DNA of 64,000 bases from an uncultured Micavibrio sp. (GTDB taxonomy: Bacteria; Pseudomonadota; Alphaproteobacteria; Micavibrionales; UBA1664): NCBI GenBank assembly GCA_964531715.1, contig CAZHEE010000003.1, positions 34,989 through 98,988 of the forward strand, written 5' to 3'. The notes beneath the pieces were generated by a model that saw only the letters and a program-made list of their open reading frames with translations, had not been told where the DNA came from and made no database searches. Of the stretch, positions 46,864-56,670 are shown one piece after another; position 1 is the stretch's first letter; each line of letters opens with the position of its first letter. Both the position numbers and the translations under genes were made by a program.

Positions 46864-47469
46864 ATGCAACAAAGCCCCGATGCCATTGAAAACCTGATCA
46901 AACGTCTCGCGAAACTTCCCGGTATGGGAAAGCGGTCGGCGCGGCGCGTGGCACTTTATCTTTTAGCGGATAAGGATTGCAATCTCGCCCCGCTTGAGCA
47001 AGCCTTGGCCTATGCCCGTGAACGCGTTGAGTCCTGTAAAATTTGCGGAAATCTGGATATATCCGACCCTTGCCGTATTTGCACCAGCCCGCAAAAAAAT
47101 GACAGGAAAATTTGCCTTGTTCAAAATGTCGGCGATATCTGGGCGATCGAAAAAACCGGTATTTATAACGGACATTATCATGTGCTTGGCGGTGTATTGT
47201 CGGCTCTGGATGGTATTACGCCTGATAAGCTCGCGATCAGCTCTTTCCTCAATCGTTTGGACAAAGTTGATGAGATTATTATGGCTTTGGGCGCAACAGT
47301 CGATGGGCAGGCGACCGCTCACTATATTGCCGCGCGTGTACGCAAAAACCATGACATGATCGAGATTTCAAGGCTTGCCTATGGTGTGCCGATTGGCGGA
47401 GAAGTCGAATATCTGGATGAGTCAACACTTGTTACCGCGCTCAAATCTCGTGCGGCTTTTAAAGGTTAA
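46864..47469 (+). CDS. recR: recombination protein RecR
   Basis: LIKRLAKLPGMGKRSARRVALYLL (HhH), a C4 zinc finger (CKICGN..CRICT) and a Toprim domain. Confidence 0.93.
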   Translation: MQQSPDAIENLIKRLAKLPGMGKRSARRVALYLLADKDCNLAPLEQALAYARERVESCKICGNLDISDPCRICTSPQKNDRKICLVQNVGDIWAIEKTGIYNGHYHVLGGVLSALDGITPDKLAISSFLNRLDKVDEIIMALGATVDGQATAHYIAARVRKNHDMIEISRLAYGVPIGGEVEYLDESTLVTALKSRAAFKG

Positions 47470-47586
47470 TTATATTAAAAATCACATGTAACTCACTAAT
47501 ATTTAATCATTTGGAACAAAAATTCAAGTCAGGTTGTTAGCGAAGTGCATTTGATAAAAATGACAAAATTTGAAAGGAAATATAAA

Positions 47587-47937
47587 ATGACTAATACAGG
47601 AAAAATTTTAACGGGTGTTGCGATTGGCGCAATTGCCATTTTTGCATTAACAACATTGATTGATGTTGATGTGTCAGGCGATATTGATGTCCCTGCCGTT
47701 GATATGGTTGGTGGCGATATAACATTGCCGACAGTCGATGTATCAGGCGGTAATCTTGATATGCCTGAGATTGAAACAAGTGGCGGTGAAATGCCGGAAG
47801 TTGAAGTTGACGGACCATCCGTTGACTTTGGTAGTGGTTCGGTTGAAGTCCCTTACCCGACAATGAGTATAGATTTGCCGGAAGAAGAGACAGAAGCGGA
47901 TGTTGAAAATAACCTGAACCGTAACAATAACAATTAA
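47587..47937 (+). CDS. membrane-anchored acidic protein with degenerate 11-12-aa tandem repeats
   Basis: TM helix, then VDVSGDIDVPA / VDMVGGDITLPT / VDVSGGNLDMPE / IETSGGEMPE / VEVDGPS. RBS GAAAGGAAA precedes the ATG at 47587. Confidence 0.55.
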   Translation: MTNTGKILTGVAIGAIAIFALTTLIDVDVSGDIDVPAVDMVGGDITLPTVDVSGGNLDMPEIETSGGEMPEVEVDGPSVDFGSGSVEVPYPTMSIDLPEEETEADVENNLNRNNNN

Positions 47938-47960
47938 TAGAAATTATAAGGAGAAAACTC

Positions 47961-48152
47961 ATGCCTTTAGCAAGAACAGGTGACAGCGTTATTGGTGATT
48001 TAATTAAAATTATTATTGCCGTCTTTTTACCACCAATTGCAGTTTTATTGGAAGTTGGATTAGGAAAGCATTTTTGGATTAACTTAGTCCTCGTATTCTT
48101 TTTCTTTATCCCTGCTGTTATTCATGCAATCTACATTGTAGCGACACGATAA
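47961..48152 (+). CDS. YqaE/Pmp3-family small proteolipid
   Basis: IIAVFLPPIAVLLEVGLGKHFWINLVLVFFFFIPAVIHAIYIV matches the UPF0057/Pmp3 pattern. Confidence 0.8.
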   Translation: MPLARTGDSVIGDLIKIIIAVFLPPIAVLLEVGLGKHFWINLVLVFFFFIPAVIHAIYIVATR

Positions 48153-48165
48153 TTTAAAGATAATA

Positions 48166-48594
48166 ATGACTAAAATTAACGACAGGCCTTATTCATCAAC
48201 TGACAGTCATATTGAAATGGATGACCAAACGGTTGTCATGCTTCAATCACTGGCTCATTTGATGGATAAGGCTTTTACCATTCCTGGCACAAATATTAAA
48301 ATGGGTCTAGATTCCATTATCGGTCTTATCCCGGGCATTGGTGATACGATAGCGGTCGGTATATCGGCTTATATCTACAGCTTCGCTAAGAAAGCAAATG
48401 TGCCGTGGCATTTACGCACAAAGATGCTGTGGAATATATTTATTGACTGGTTGATTGGTCTTATCCCGCTTATTGGTGACATTTTTGATATTGGTTGGAA
48501 GGCCAACTCACGCAATATTAAAATCATAACCGATTACTATGAAAAACAAAAAAATGCCGATATCATAGATGGTCAGTATACAAAAGCGGATTAG
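48166..48594 (+). CDS. DUF4112-domain membrane protein
   Basis: F.IPGT..K.GLDSIIGLIPGIGD.......Y........R.M..N...D.L.G.IP.IGD.FD...KAN.RN pattern. Confidence 0.7.
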   Translation: MTKINDRPYSSTDSHIEMDDQTVVMLQSLAHLMDKAFTIPGTNIKMGLDSIIGLIPGIGDTIAVGISAYIYSFAKKANVPWHLRTKMLWNIFIDWLIGLIPLIGDIFDIGWKANSRNIKIITDYYEKQKNADIIDGQYTKAD

Positions 48595-49439
48595 TTCATA
48601 CTAAAAAGCTCGTCAATATCCTGACTGTCATTCGGTTGATACCAATCCGCCTTGTAATACCACAGCAATTTATTTTCATCGCTATTCGGGCTCCATAATC
48701 GCAGTTCTGCAACCCTGTTAAACATAAGCCAATAAGACGTATCATTAAATATGAAAGGCTCTTGCCTGTCAGAATATTTGGGAACAAGGATAAATTCTGC
48801 TAAAACATAATCCGCTCCATTCAAATTATCAAAAAAATGGGTTGCTTGCTCTTTTCCAAGATGGATTTTGTGAAATTTTTCTATATTTTCAGGCACAAGA
48901 GCAATATTTTCGTCATAAGATTTATATTTAAAAATTGTCTTTTTATCAATTTCGTCAAAAACCATTATATCCTGAAGTGAACTATATTGTTCTGTTTTCA
49001 GATATGTATGAATGACAATTGGCTCATTCGGCTCTGACAAATTAAAATTTCTCTCCAGTCGATTATATTCGGACAAAATCATGATCGATTTATCAATATC
49101 GGACGCTTGCGCAACAACAGGGCTTAATTTTGCAAAATGGTCAAAATCAGGTTGCTGAGCTGCCAGTTTATAACTGGTCATGATAATATGTTCAGGATGT
49201 GTTTTTTGACGTAGCCCTACATTATAAAGAATATCAGAGCCCTTTAAAGGCGTTATACTACTTTCAACGGGAGGGAGATAATCCATTTCTTCATCAAGAA
49301 TACTCTCGGTTTGAGCCACAGCTATTGAGCCGTAAAAAAATATCAGTAACGCAAGGAAAATGATAATATATGCTGTTTTCAAAATATATTTGCCCTTATT
49401 GAGTGATAACAGTTTTATAATATTACAGAAAAAAGTCAA
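48591..49439 (-). CDS. hypothetical exported protein (signal anchor)
   Basis: Hydrophobic N-terminus ...IIIFLALLIFFYGSIAVAQ. No family recognised. Confidence 0.5.
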   Translation of the reverse strand: MTFFCNIIKLLSLNKGKYILKTAYIIIFLALLIFFYGSIAVAQTESILDEEMDYLPPVESSITPLKGSDILYNVGLRQKTHPEHIIMTSYKLAAQQPDFDHFAKLSPVVAQASDIDKSIMILSEYNRLERNFNLSEPNEPIVIHTYLKTEQYSSLQDIMVFDEIDKKTIFKYKSYDENIALVPENIEKFHKIHLGKEQATHFFDNLNGADYVLAEFILVPKYSDRQEPFIFNDTSYWLMFNRVAELRLWSPNSDENKLLWYYKADWYQPNDSQDIDELFSMN

Positions 49440-49442
49440 ACT

Positions 49443-49976
49443 ATGGATGATGAAGATAATAAAAATTTATGGAAGGCTTTCACGCTAAACATCAAACCGA
49501 TGAAGCGTGATATGCCCTTAGTAAAAGATACAAAAAGAGAAGCATCCTTTGAAAAAACAGTTGATTACGATACTCGTTTTTTCCCTAAAACCCAAAATGA
49601 CATTAAACCGCCTTTCACAAATAACAAAATAAATAAAAAAGGTTTGATAGATGGCCATATCGAGAAAAAACTGAAGAAGGGAAAACTTCCGGTTGAGGCC
49701 ATTCTCGACCTTCATGGTATGACACAAAATCAGGCGCAACAAAGACTTATCGGCTTTGTCAATTTTGCCGTAGCAGAGAACAAACGTTGCGTTCTTGTGA
49801 TAACGGGCAAAGGCAGGCGATCTCACAGTAGTCAAGGAATTCTCAAAACAAAGCTACCGCTTTGGCTTGCGATAGAGCCGCTGAAATCACAAGTTATAAC
49901 GCATTATGCGGCGCATTTAAAACATGGCGGAAGCGGTGCTTATTATTTATATTTAAGAAATCAGAAGAAAGTTTAA
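49443..49976 (+). CDS. Smr-domain protein
   Basis: LDLHGMTQNQAQQRLIGFV......CVLVITGKG is the Smr signature. Confidence 0.8.
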   Translation: MDDEDNKNLWKAFTLNIKPMKRDMPLVKDTKREASFEKTVDYDTRFFPKTQNDIKPPFTNNKINKKGLIDGHIEKKLKKGKLPVEAILDLHGMTQNQAQQRLIGFVNFAVAENKRCVLVITGKGRRSHSSQGILKTKLPLWLAIEPLKSQVITHYAAHLKHGGSGAYYLYLRNQKKV

Positions 49977-49978
49977 TT

Positions 49979-51109
49979 CTAAATTTTTTCCAAAATGATT
50001 GCCGTTCCCTGTCCACCGCCAATACACATGGTGGCAAGGCCGTACTGAACATTTTCACGCATCATAAGGCTTGCAAGCTTCCCTGTAATTCTGGCACCCG
50101 ATGCCCCTAAAGGATGCCCGAGCGCAATCGCACCGCCATCGAGATTGATATTATCTTGCCCCTCAATTCCTAAAGCTTTCATCACTGACAGAGACTGCGC
50201 GGCAAAAGCTTCATTTAATTCAATCAAGCCAATGTCGCTCATCTTAAGACCTGCCCGTGCCAAGGCTTTTTCAGTTGCAGGCACAGGACCATAGCCCATC
50301 GTTTCCGCCTTACAGCCTGCCACCGCAACCGATTTAATCCGCGCCATAATCGGTAAGTCATTGGCACGCGCATATTCCTCCGTTGCAACTAAGACAGCGG
50401 CACAACCATCGGTTAATGGCGAGGATGTTCCCGCCGTAACAGTGCCGTTTTCATCGAAGGCTGGCTTCAAGCCTGCGAACCCTTCGGCGGTGGCATCATG
50501 GCGGATACAACCATCCTCGGCCACATCCCCTACGCCAACAATTTCATCATCGAATTTGCCTGTTGAGACAGCCTCCGATGCTTTTTTATGTGAGGCCAAG
50601 GCGAAAGCTTCCTGCTCGTCGCGCGAGATATTAAATTCTTTTGCTAGATTTTCCGCTGTTACGCCCATAGACATATAGGCCTCAGGATAAATTTCACCAA
50701 GCCTTGGGTTTGGCATCGGGTTAAACCCGCCCATCGGAATGCGCGTCATAGATTCAACACCACCCGTTAAAAATAACTGTCCTGCATCCATCTGGGCATA
50801 GCCTGCCGCCATTTGAATCGTTGTCATGGATGAGCCGCAAAACCGATTGACCGTTGCGCCCGCGATATTATTAGGAAGCGCGCTTAACTGCGCCACAATC
50901 TTGGCTAGGTTAAAGCCTTGTTCAGCCTCGGGAAAGGCACAACCCAAGAGTAAATCCTCAATATCATCCTTTTTTGCATTCGTGGCAGAGAGAAGCGCGC
51001 TCATAACTGTCGCGGCCATATCGTCCGGTCTGACCTTCGCCAATCCGCCCTTATTGGCAAAGTGAAAAGGCGAGCGTTTATAACCGCAGATAACAATATT
51101 TTTATGCAT
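49979..51109 (-). CDS. acetyl-CoA C-acyltransferase (thiolase)
   Basis: Active-site region NRFCGSSM and C-terminal NLDGGAIALGHPLGASG / CIGGGQG motifs. Confidence 0.9.
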   Translation of the reverse strand: MHKNIVICGYKRSPFHFANKGGLAKVRPDDMAATVMSALLSATNAKKDDIEDLLLGCAFPEAEQGFNLAKIVAQLSALPNNIAGATVNRFCGSSMTTIQMAAGYAQMDAGQLFLTGGVESMTRIPMGGFNPMPNPRLGEIYPEAYMSMGVTAENLAKEFNISRDEQEAFALASHKKASEAVSTGKFDDEIVGVGDVAEDGCIRHDATAEGFAGLKPAFDENGTVTAGTSSPLTDGCAAVLVATEEYARANDLPIMARIKSVAVAGCKAETMGYGPVPATEKALARAGLKMSDIGLIELNEAFAAQSLSVMKALGIEGQDNINLDGGAIALGHPLGASGARITGKLASLMMRENVQYGLATMCIGGGQGTAIILEKI

Positions 51110-51216
51110 TTGATTTCCTTAATCCAGACAAGAGAATTTTCTATTGATATTATTGTTTAAAAAGTTTAATTCAAGTTTAACAATTATGAAAGAGCAGAAA
51201 GGTTTAGGCATATCAT

Positions 51217-51582
51217 ATGGCTGATCGCGGTTTAAAAAGAATTTGTGCATCCTGCGGGACAAAATTTTACGATTTCGGCAAGATGCCGGTTATTTGCCCG
51301 AATTGCGGTGCCGAATTTACCGGCGACGTTCAGGTGAAGCCACGTCGCAGTCGCTCAACTATTGCCCCTGATACGGTCAAGCGTGAGGATATTGAGGAAA
51401 AAAATAAATCCAAAATCGCCATTGAAGATGCGGATGATGACACGATTTCACTCGACGACCTTGATGAAGCCGATGATGATGATCTTGACATAGATGATAT
51501 TGGAGATGACGTTGATAGCGATGATGACCTATCCGACCTCGATGGCGATATTTCCATCGATATCGACGAGGATGATAAGTAG
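51217..51582 (+). CDS. TIGR02300-family (FYDLN_acid) zinc-ribbon protein with an acidic tail
   Basis: KRICASCGTKFYDFGKMPVICPNCGAEF followed by an Asp-rich C-terminus. Confidence 0.85.
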   Translation: MADRGLKRICASCGTKFYDFGKMPVICPNCGAEFTGDVQVKPRRSRSTIAPDTVKREDIEEKNKSKIAIEDADDDTISLDDLDEADDDDLDIDDIGDDVDSDDDLSDLDGDISIDIDEDDK

Positions 51583-51642
51583 GACATAGAGTATTTATTA
51601 CAACCTTTCTCAGGTCTTAGCTACTTCAGCCCCTATATTTAA

Positions 51643-53772
51643 CTAATTATCATTCACCACGACACCGAGAAGATTTGTTTTCTTTAATATATCGAGACTA
51701 CGCTCTATTTCGCTCGCTTGCGTTACGCCTTCACGCACGACAAAAAGGAAGGCATCAACATGCGGTAAAAACACGAGTGGGTCATCCTGCTGCAGCAACG
51801 GCGGCATGTCGTAAATAATAATACGGTCTTCATAACGCTCGCGAAGTTCTTTGGCGAGAATTTCCATTTGCGGCGAACCGATAGTCTCGGACGAATTATC
51901 AATCGCGTTTCCTGCCGGAAAAATTGTTATACGCTCAAAAGGCGGGCGGATCAGGCAATCTTTGACCAAGGCATCGCCCTTCAAATAATTTGTTAAACCA
52001 ACTTCAGCATTCAAGCCGAATATATTTGCCAATGATGCTTTACGCAAATCAAGGTCGACCAGCAAAACCGTCTGCTTCAAATCCTGTGCAATACTTACCG
52101 CCAAATTCGAAGCAATCGTTGTTTTCCCATCACCATATCGTGCAGAACTGATTGCCAATGATTGATATTTATTATTCTTTAGTTTTTGCAGAATTTGTGT
52201 TCTTAAAAAACGAAAAATATCCGCTTGTTTATTATTTATCTGATGCGCAACAATTTTATTTGCTGCAAGTTTAGGATAATTTTGTGAGCCTTTTGCTTTC
52301 TTTAATTTCGGTATACGAACAAGCGGAATGATACCGAATACTGATTTCAGGTGAGAAACACCGTTAATTGCGCCCGATAAATAATGAAGTGTAAAAATAC
52401 TTCCAAACCCTGTAATTAATGCCAATATAAACCCGCAGGCTATGATAAATTTTTTTGATGGTTCTGTTACAAAAGGTAAACTTGCAGGCTCCGTAATAAT
52501 CAGCCGTTGCCCGACTTGGCTATTCTCTATGGTTTTATTCATATCTGCGGCAAGCTTACGCGATTTTAAATCGCGATAGAGTGTCATCATATTCTCGTAA
52601 TCGCGTGTTAAAGATGCTAAACGTTGTTCAGCCTCAGGGTTTGCAGCAATCGCACTTGAATATGTCATTTTCTGTTGCTCTAATTTATGTTTTTGCTGCA
52701 ACAAGGCTTGCTGTTGTTCTTGTGCTGCGCTCAACTGCGTTATAATTTGTAAGTATGACGGATTATTTGCATCGCTATAATTTTCTTTTTGCTGCACATC
52801 TTCTTGGCTTTTTAAATTTTCAATTTGGCGGGCGGTTCTGCGCACATCCGGATGGTCGTGGCTGTAGCGTGATAACAAGCGATTATAATCTGCCTCAAGA
52901 TTTCGGAGTTTTACTGCTGCCGGTACTGTAATTTCTCCCCTGTTTCTATCAATCAGAGTTAAGTATGGTTCGGTTACAGCAAGCTGACTTTGCAAGGCAC
53001 CGATACGTCCCAAATTCGCGGTAAGGTCACTCTCAATGGCTATTAATCGCGCATTGGCGGCCGCGCTTGCTTGTTGGTTGAAATTTAAAAGATCCGGGCG
53101 AATATTGCCGTTTTCGGCGCGAAATAATGCTATTTCAGCCTCGTGAGCTTCTAAAGATTGCGTTAAAATGTCAATCTGACCTTGCAAAAACACAAGTGTT
53201 TTTTCGGATGTTTGGCGACGCTCTTTCAAATCTTCCGCTAAAAATCGTGATGCTAATTCATCAACGGTTTGTTGCGCTTTTAATGGATCTTCATAAGTAA
53301 ACTCAATCGTAAATGCGATTGCAGATAATTCTTGTGCGCTTGCCTTTTGTGCAGAGATTGGACTGGCCAGTGAAGATGATAGTAAACGGATTTTTATGTC
53401 CGACCTCATTCTTGACGCCAATAGCTTTAAGGATTTTGATTGGACATTGTCATCATATAAATTCAAATCTTTAATAATCTGAGAAAGTGACTCAGACGAC
53501 AAAACAATTTGTTTCAGACGATTAATTCTCAAGTCAATCAATGGATTATCCAGGTCATTAAATTGAGATGACGGCGCGCTTATTTCGGGTTGAACAACCT
53601 GAATAGTTATTTTGGATCTATAATAAGACCAGTAGGACGCAAATATAACGAACGCTGCAAAAACAGCCGAAAAAATAATTAAAAAGAGCCGATTTTTTTG
53701 TTTAAAAACATTTAAATACTCCATGTAAGCAGAGGATAAAAATGCCGGATTATCTGATATACGCGCAATCAT
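51643..53772 (-). CDS. polysaccharide co-polymerase / BY-kinase-like protein (Wzc/ExoP/GumC type)
   Basis: Two TM segments flank a long coiled-coil periplasmic region. C-terminal P-loop domain with Walker A SARYGDGKTT, A' LLVDLDLRK and B IIIYDMPP. No C-terminal Tyr cluster. Confidence 0.8.
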   Translation of the reverse strand: MIARISDNPAFLSSAYMEYLNVFKQKNRLFLIIFSAVFAAFVIFASYWSYYRSKITIQVVQPEISAPSSQFNDLDNPLIDLRINRLKQIVLSSESLSQIIKDLNLYDDNVQSKSLKLLASRMRSDIKIRLLSSSLASPISAQKASAQELSAIAFTIEFTYEDPLKAQQTVDELASRFLAEDLKERRQTSEKTLVFLQGQIDILTQSLEAHEAEIALFRAENGNIRPDLLNFNQQASAAANARLIAIESDLTANLGRIGALQSQLAVTEPYLTLIDRNRGEITVPAAVKLRNLEADYNRLLSRYSHDHPDVRRTARQIENLKSQEDVQQKENYSDANNPSYLQIITQLSAAQEQQQALLQQKHKLEQQKMTYSSAIAANPEAEQRLASLTRDYENMMTLYRDLKSRKLAADMNKTIENSQVGQRLIITEPASLPFVTEPSKKFIIACGFILALITGFGSIFTLHYLSGAINGVSHLKSVFGIIPLVRIPKLKKAKGSQNYPKLAANKIVAHQINNKQADIFRFLRTQILQKLKNNKYQSLAISSARYGDGKTTIASNLAVSIAQDLKQTVLLVDLDLRKASLANIFGLNAEVGLTNYLKGDALVKDCLIRPPFERITIFPAGNAIDNSSETIGSPQMEILAKELRERYEDRIIIYDMPPLLQQDDPLVFLPHVDAFLFVVREGVTQASEIERSLDILKKTNLLGVVVNDN

Positions 53773-54918
53773 TTATCCCCCCTTTCCCAAATGATAATTT
53801 AATCCGACTTTAATAATATTGCGTTGAGCATCCTCATTATTTTTATAATTTTCGTGGCGATATTTTTGATTGATAAAAAATTCCAGGCTATCCGAAAGAT
53901 GATGTTTAAAAGCGAAATATTGCTCAAAGCCGTCTTTAAAACGATTGCTGAAAACTTTGTCGCGAACATTCCTTTCATAGTGACCGCCATAATCAAACAA
54001 GGTTTTTTCATTAAATTTAAATTGTTGTCCAACCTTAAAAGTAAGCAGATTAGTTTCACTTCCGTTAGCAAAAGCTTGCCTTGATTGTGCTATTTTTAAA
54101 ATAGTCTCTGTTTTTTGACCTATGTAATTGATCTGGGCATCATAGGCCGGATTATACGCCCAGTCATTTTCGTTAATACCGCTAAAATTTTCATAGCGCG
54201 TGGCGAGAAAGCCGGCATTAAGGCTATATTCCATATTACGGCTTAATTTATTTGTAAAGCTCTAGCTTGGCCCAAAACTTAAGGCTTCCCGTTCACTTTG
54301 CAGAGATTGATAGAGCCGCGTTTGTAAATTGAAGCCAAGCCTTTTATTCTGCGATAATTTATAGAATAAGGATGGTTCTGCAGTTATAATCCTATAGTCA
54401 GTTAAGGATGCATTGTCATATCGTGTTTTTTTCCATAGGGTCATCAGATTAAAGCTTAATCTCTTATTCAGCTGATATTGTATATCGGGCTTAAGCTGAA
54501 ATGATTGCCAGCGGTCAGTTTGTGTTACAAGACCGAGTACAGGGTTTTGAATTGAACGGGTTGTGTCATATTGATATGCGCCACTCACGCTCACTATGCT
54601 TCGTTTAAATTCTTTTCGATAATCGACCGCACCGGATAAATCAGTGGAATTGAAATCAGATCGGTCAAAGCGATTATGATTAACCTCTAGTAATGCCGCA
54701 AAAGGACTATTATCCGGGTTATGGACAGAAGCCTTTAAACCTGTTTCAAAACCCTTTATAGCAATGGCATTATCAATCTGCATCAGTGGATTATCATCCC
54801 ATAATGGGGTTGTATTAATCTCTAATTGCCAAGAAGGTTGGGCATGGGCGGTGGGTATGCTTATTATAACAACCAGACAAATAAAACTTAGCCGTAGTAA
54901 GAACCTGTAATAATTCAT
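53773..54918 (-). pseudogene. outer-membrane beta-barrel protein gene of the export locus, interrupted by a single in-frame TAG
   Basis: ORF-track pieces 54262..54960 and 53773..54234 are in the same frame. They are separated only by a TAG (54264-54262) and nine sense codons. Signal peptide MNYYRFLLRLSFICLVVIISIPTAHA. Alternating beta-strand pattern with an aromatic C-terminal strand (GLNYHLGKGG). Confidence 0.65.
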
Positions 54919-54943
54919 GATGTTAATTATCAAAAATTGCAAA

Positions 54944-55519
54944 CTATTCGGGTACAACAACTACATCACCTGGTTGTAACTCTATATTACGGTCTAACTT
55001 TCGCCCCCTGATAATATCAGCATAAGGGTAATCAATTTTTACTTGCTTGCCCGTGTCCGATGTTCGTAAGATAATTATATCATTTTTATCCGCAAAGGCG
55101 GTCAATCCGCCCGCTTGGCTTAATGCTTGTAAAACATTCATACGATTTGACAGTATCAGCGAACCGGGCTTTTGTACCTCGCCTATAACATTTATCGTTT
55201 GTCCGGATGGTGATAAAACCGATGCCGATACTTCTGCATCCGGAATAATGGTTTCAAGACCGAGCTCTATCGTTTTTTCAAGCTCATTAAGTGTCATGTT
55301 TTTTGCATGAATGATATCAATTAAAGGAAATGATAATGTTCCGTCTGCCAGGACTAAGACCTCATGATCAAGGTCCTCTTCACCCCATACACTGATTTGA
55401 AGGACATCACCCGGTAAAATTTTATAATTGCTGATGACCGGATTATGACTATATGCTTCAGAAGCGTTCGCTGTGACAGATATCAGAAACACTAAAAATA
55501 CTATAAAACTTCTTAACAT
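54944..55519 (-). CDS. polysaccharide export periplasmic protein (Wza-like, Poly_export plus SLBB)
   Basis: Signal peptide MLRSFIVFLVFLISVTANA. YKILPGDVLQISVWGEEDL, then GEVQKPG...LSQAGG and PGDVVVVPE. Confidence 0.85.
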   Translation of the reverse strand: MLRSFIVFLVFLISVTANASEAYSHNPVISNYKILPGDVLQISVWGEEDLDHEVLVLADGTLSFPLIDIIHAKNMTLNELEKTIELGLETIIPDAEVSASVLSPSGQTINVIGEVQKPGSLILSNRMNVLQALSQAGGLTAFADKNDIIILRTSDTGKQVKIDYPYADIIRGRKLDRNIELQPGDVVVVPE

Positions 55520-55695
55520 CCCTGATCCTACATTTGTATGTTTTATGTAAGTAAACAGTAAGTCTGTGTGAGAAGAAATACTCAGCCAAAAGTTAAACAC
55601 ACATAAATAAGCAGAATGATATCTTTGCTGTTTTTTAAGAAATTTAAGCGTATTATAAAGAATTAATTTTTAATAATCGTAAGCCAAACCTAAAA

Positions 55696-56670
55696 ATGTC
55701 AAATCAAAATATAATAGCCGATGAATATATGGCGATTTCAATCCCCGAGGCCGATGTCGATACAATGGAGATGTTCGGGTTGAACATCCCTTTTCCGGTC
55801 AAAAGATTCGGGCTTCAAACCGAGTTTGTGCCCCCTTTGGATGAGGCCTATGTGTTTGATTACGATACGACACTTGCGATTTTATCGGGCTTTATGTTTA
55901 ACCGTCGCGTGATGATTCAAGGGTTTCACGGTACAGGTAAGTCCTCGCATATTGAGCAGGTCGCCGCCCGCCTTAATTGGCCTTGTGTACGCATTAACCT
56001 TGATTCGCATGTGACCAGAATTGATTTGATGGGCAAAGATCAGATTATTCTAAAAGAAGGTCGCCAGGTCACGGAATATAAGGAAGGCCTGCTGCCCTGG
56101 GCCATGCAGAACCCTGTTGCGCTTGTTTTCGATGAATATGATGCAGGTCGCCCTGACATTATGTTTGTGATACAGCGTCTGCTGGAAACCGAGGGTCGTC
56201 TGACTATGTTGGAGCAAAATAAAGTAATCCGCGGCCATCGGTCTTTTAGGCTGTTTGCAACGACGAACACAATCGGATTGGGTGATAGTTCAGGCCTTTA
56301 TCACGGTACGAATCAGATTAATGCCGCCCAAATGGACAGGTGGAACATTGTTCAGGCCCTGAATTACCTGCCGCATGAACGTGAAGTTGCCATTGTTCGC
56401 TCCCGCTTCCCTGATTATGAGATGAATGAGGTGAGTCGTATGGTTAACCTCGCCGATATGACGCGCACTGGTTTTATGGCGGGGGATCTATCGTCCCTTA
56501 TGTCACCCCGCTCGGTCATGAGCTGGGTCGAAAATGAAATGATTTTTAAAGACCGCGAAACCGCCTTCCGCCTTACATACCTTAATAAATGTGACGAGAC
56601 GGAACGCCCTATTATCAACGAATATTATCAGCGCATTTTCGGCGTTGATATCATGCCGACCCTTGCCTGA
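55696..56670 (+). CDS. cobS: CobS-like AAA+ (MoxR-type) ATPase
   Basis: Walker [10 protein letters not shown] and Walker B LVFDEYD. Overall pattern of the aerobic cobaltochelatase CobS. Confidence 0.85.
   Translation: MSNQNIIADEYMAISIPEADVDTMEMFGLNIPFPVKRFGLQTEFVPPLDEAYVFDYDTTLAILSGFMFNRRVMIQGFHGTGKSSHIEQVAARLNWPCVRINLDSHVTRIDLMGKDQIILKEGRQVTEYKEGLLPWAMQNPVALVFDEYDAGRPDIMFVIQRLLETEGRLTMLEQNKVIRGHRSFRLFATTNTIGLGDSSGLYHGTNQINAAQMDRWNIVQALNYLPHEREVAIVRSRFPDYEMNEVSRMVNLADMTRTGFMAGDLSSLMSPRSVMSWVENEMIFKDRETAFRLTYLNKCDETERPIINEYYQRIFGVDIMPTLA

Noticed and set aside
51420-51582. Asp-rich tract at the nucleotide level looked like a tandem DNA repeat. The same applies to the acidic or Arg-rich tracts of rne at 40200-40480 and of cobT at 57340-57600.
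   Set aside because: These are low-complexity coding regions typical of the respective protein families. They remain in frame and show no defined repeat unit.
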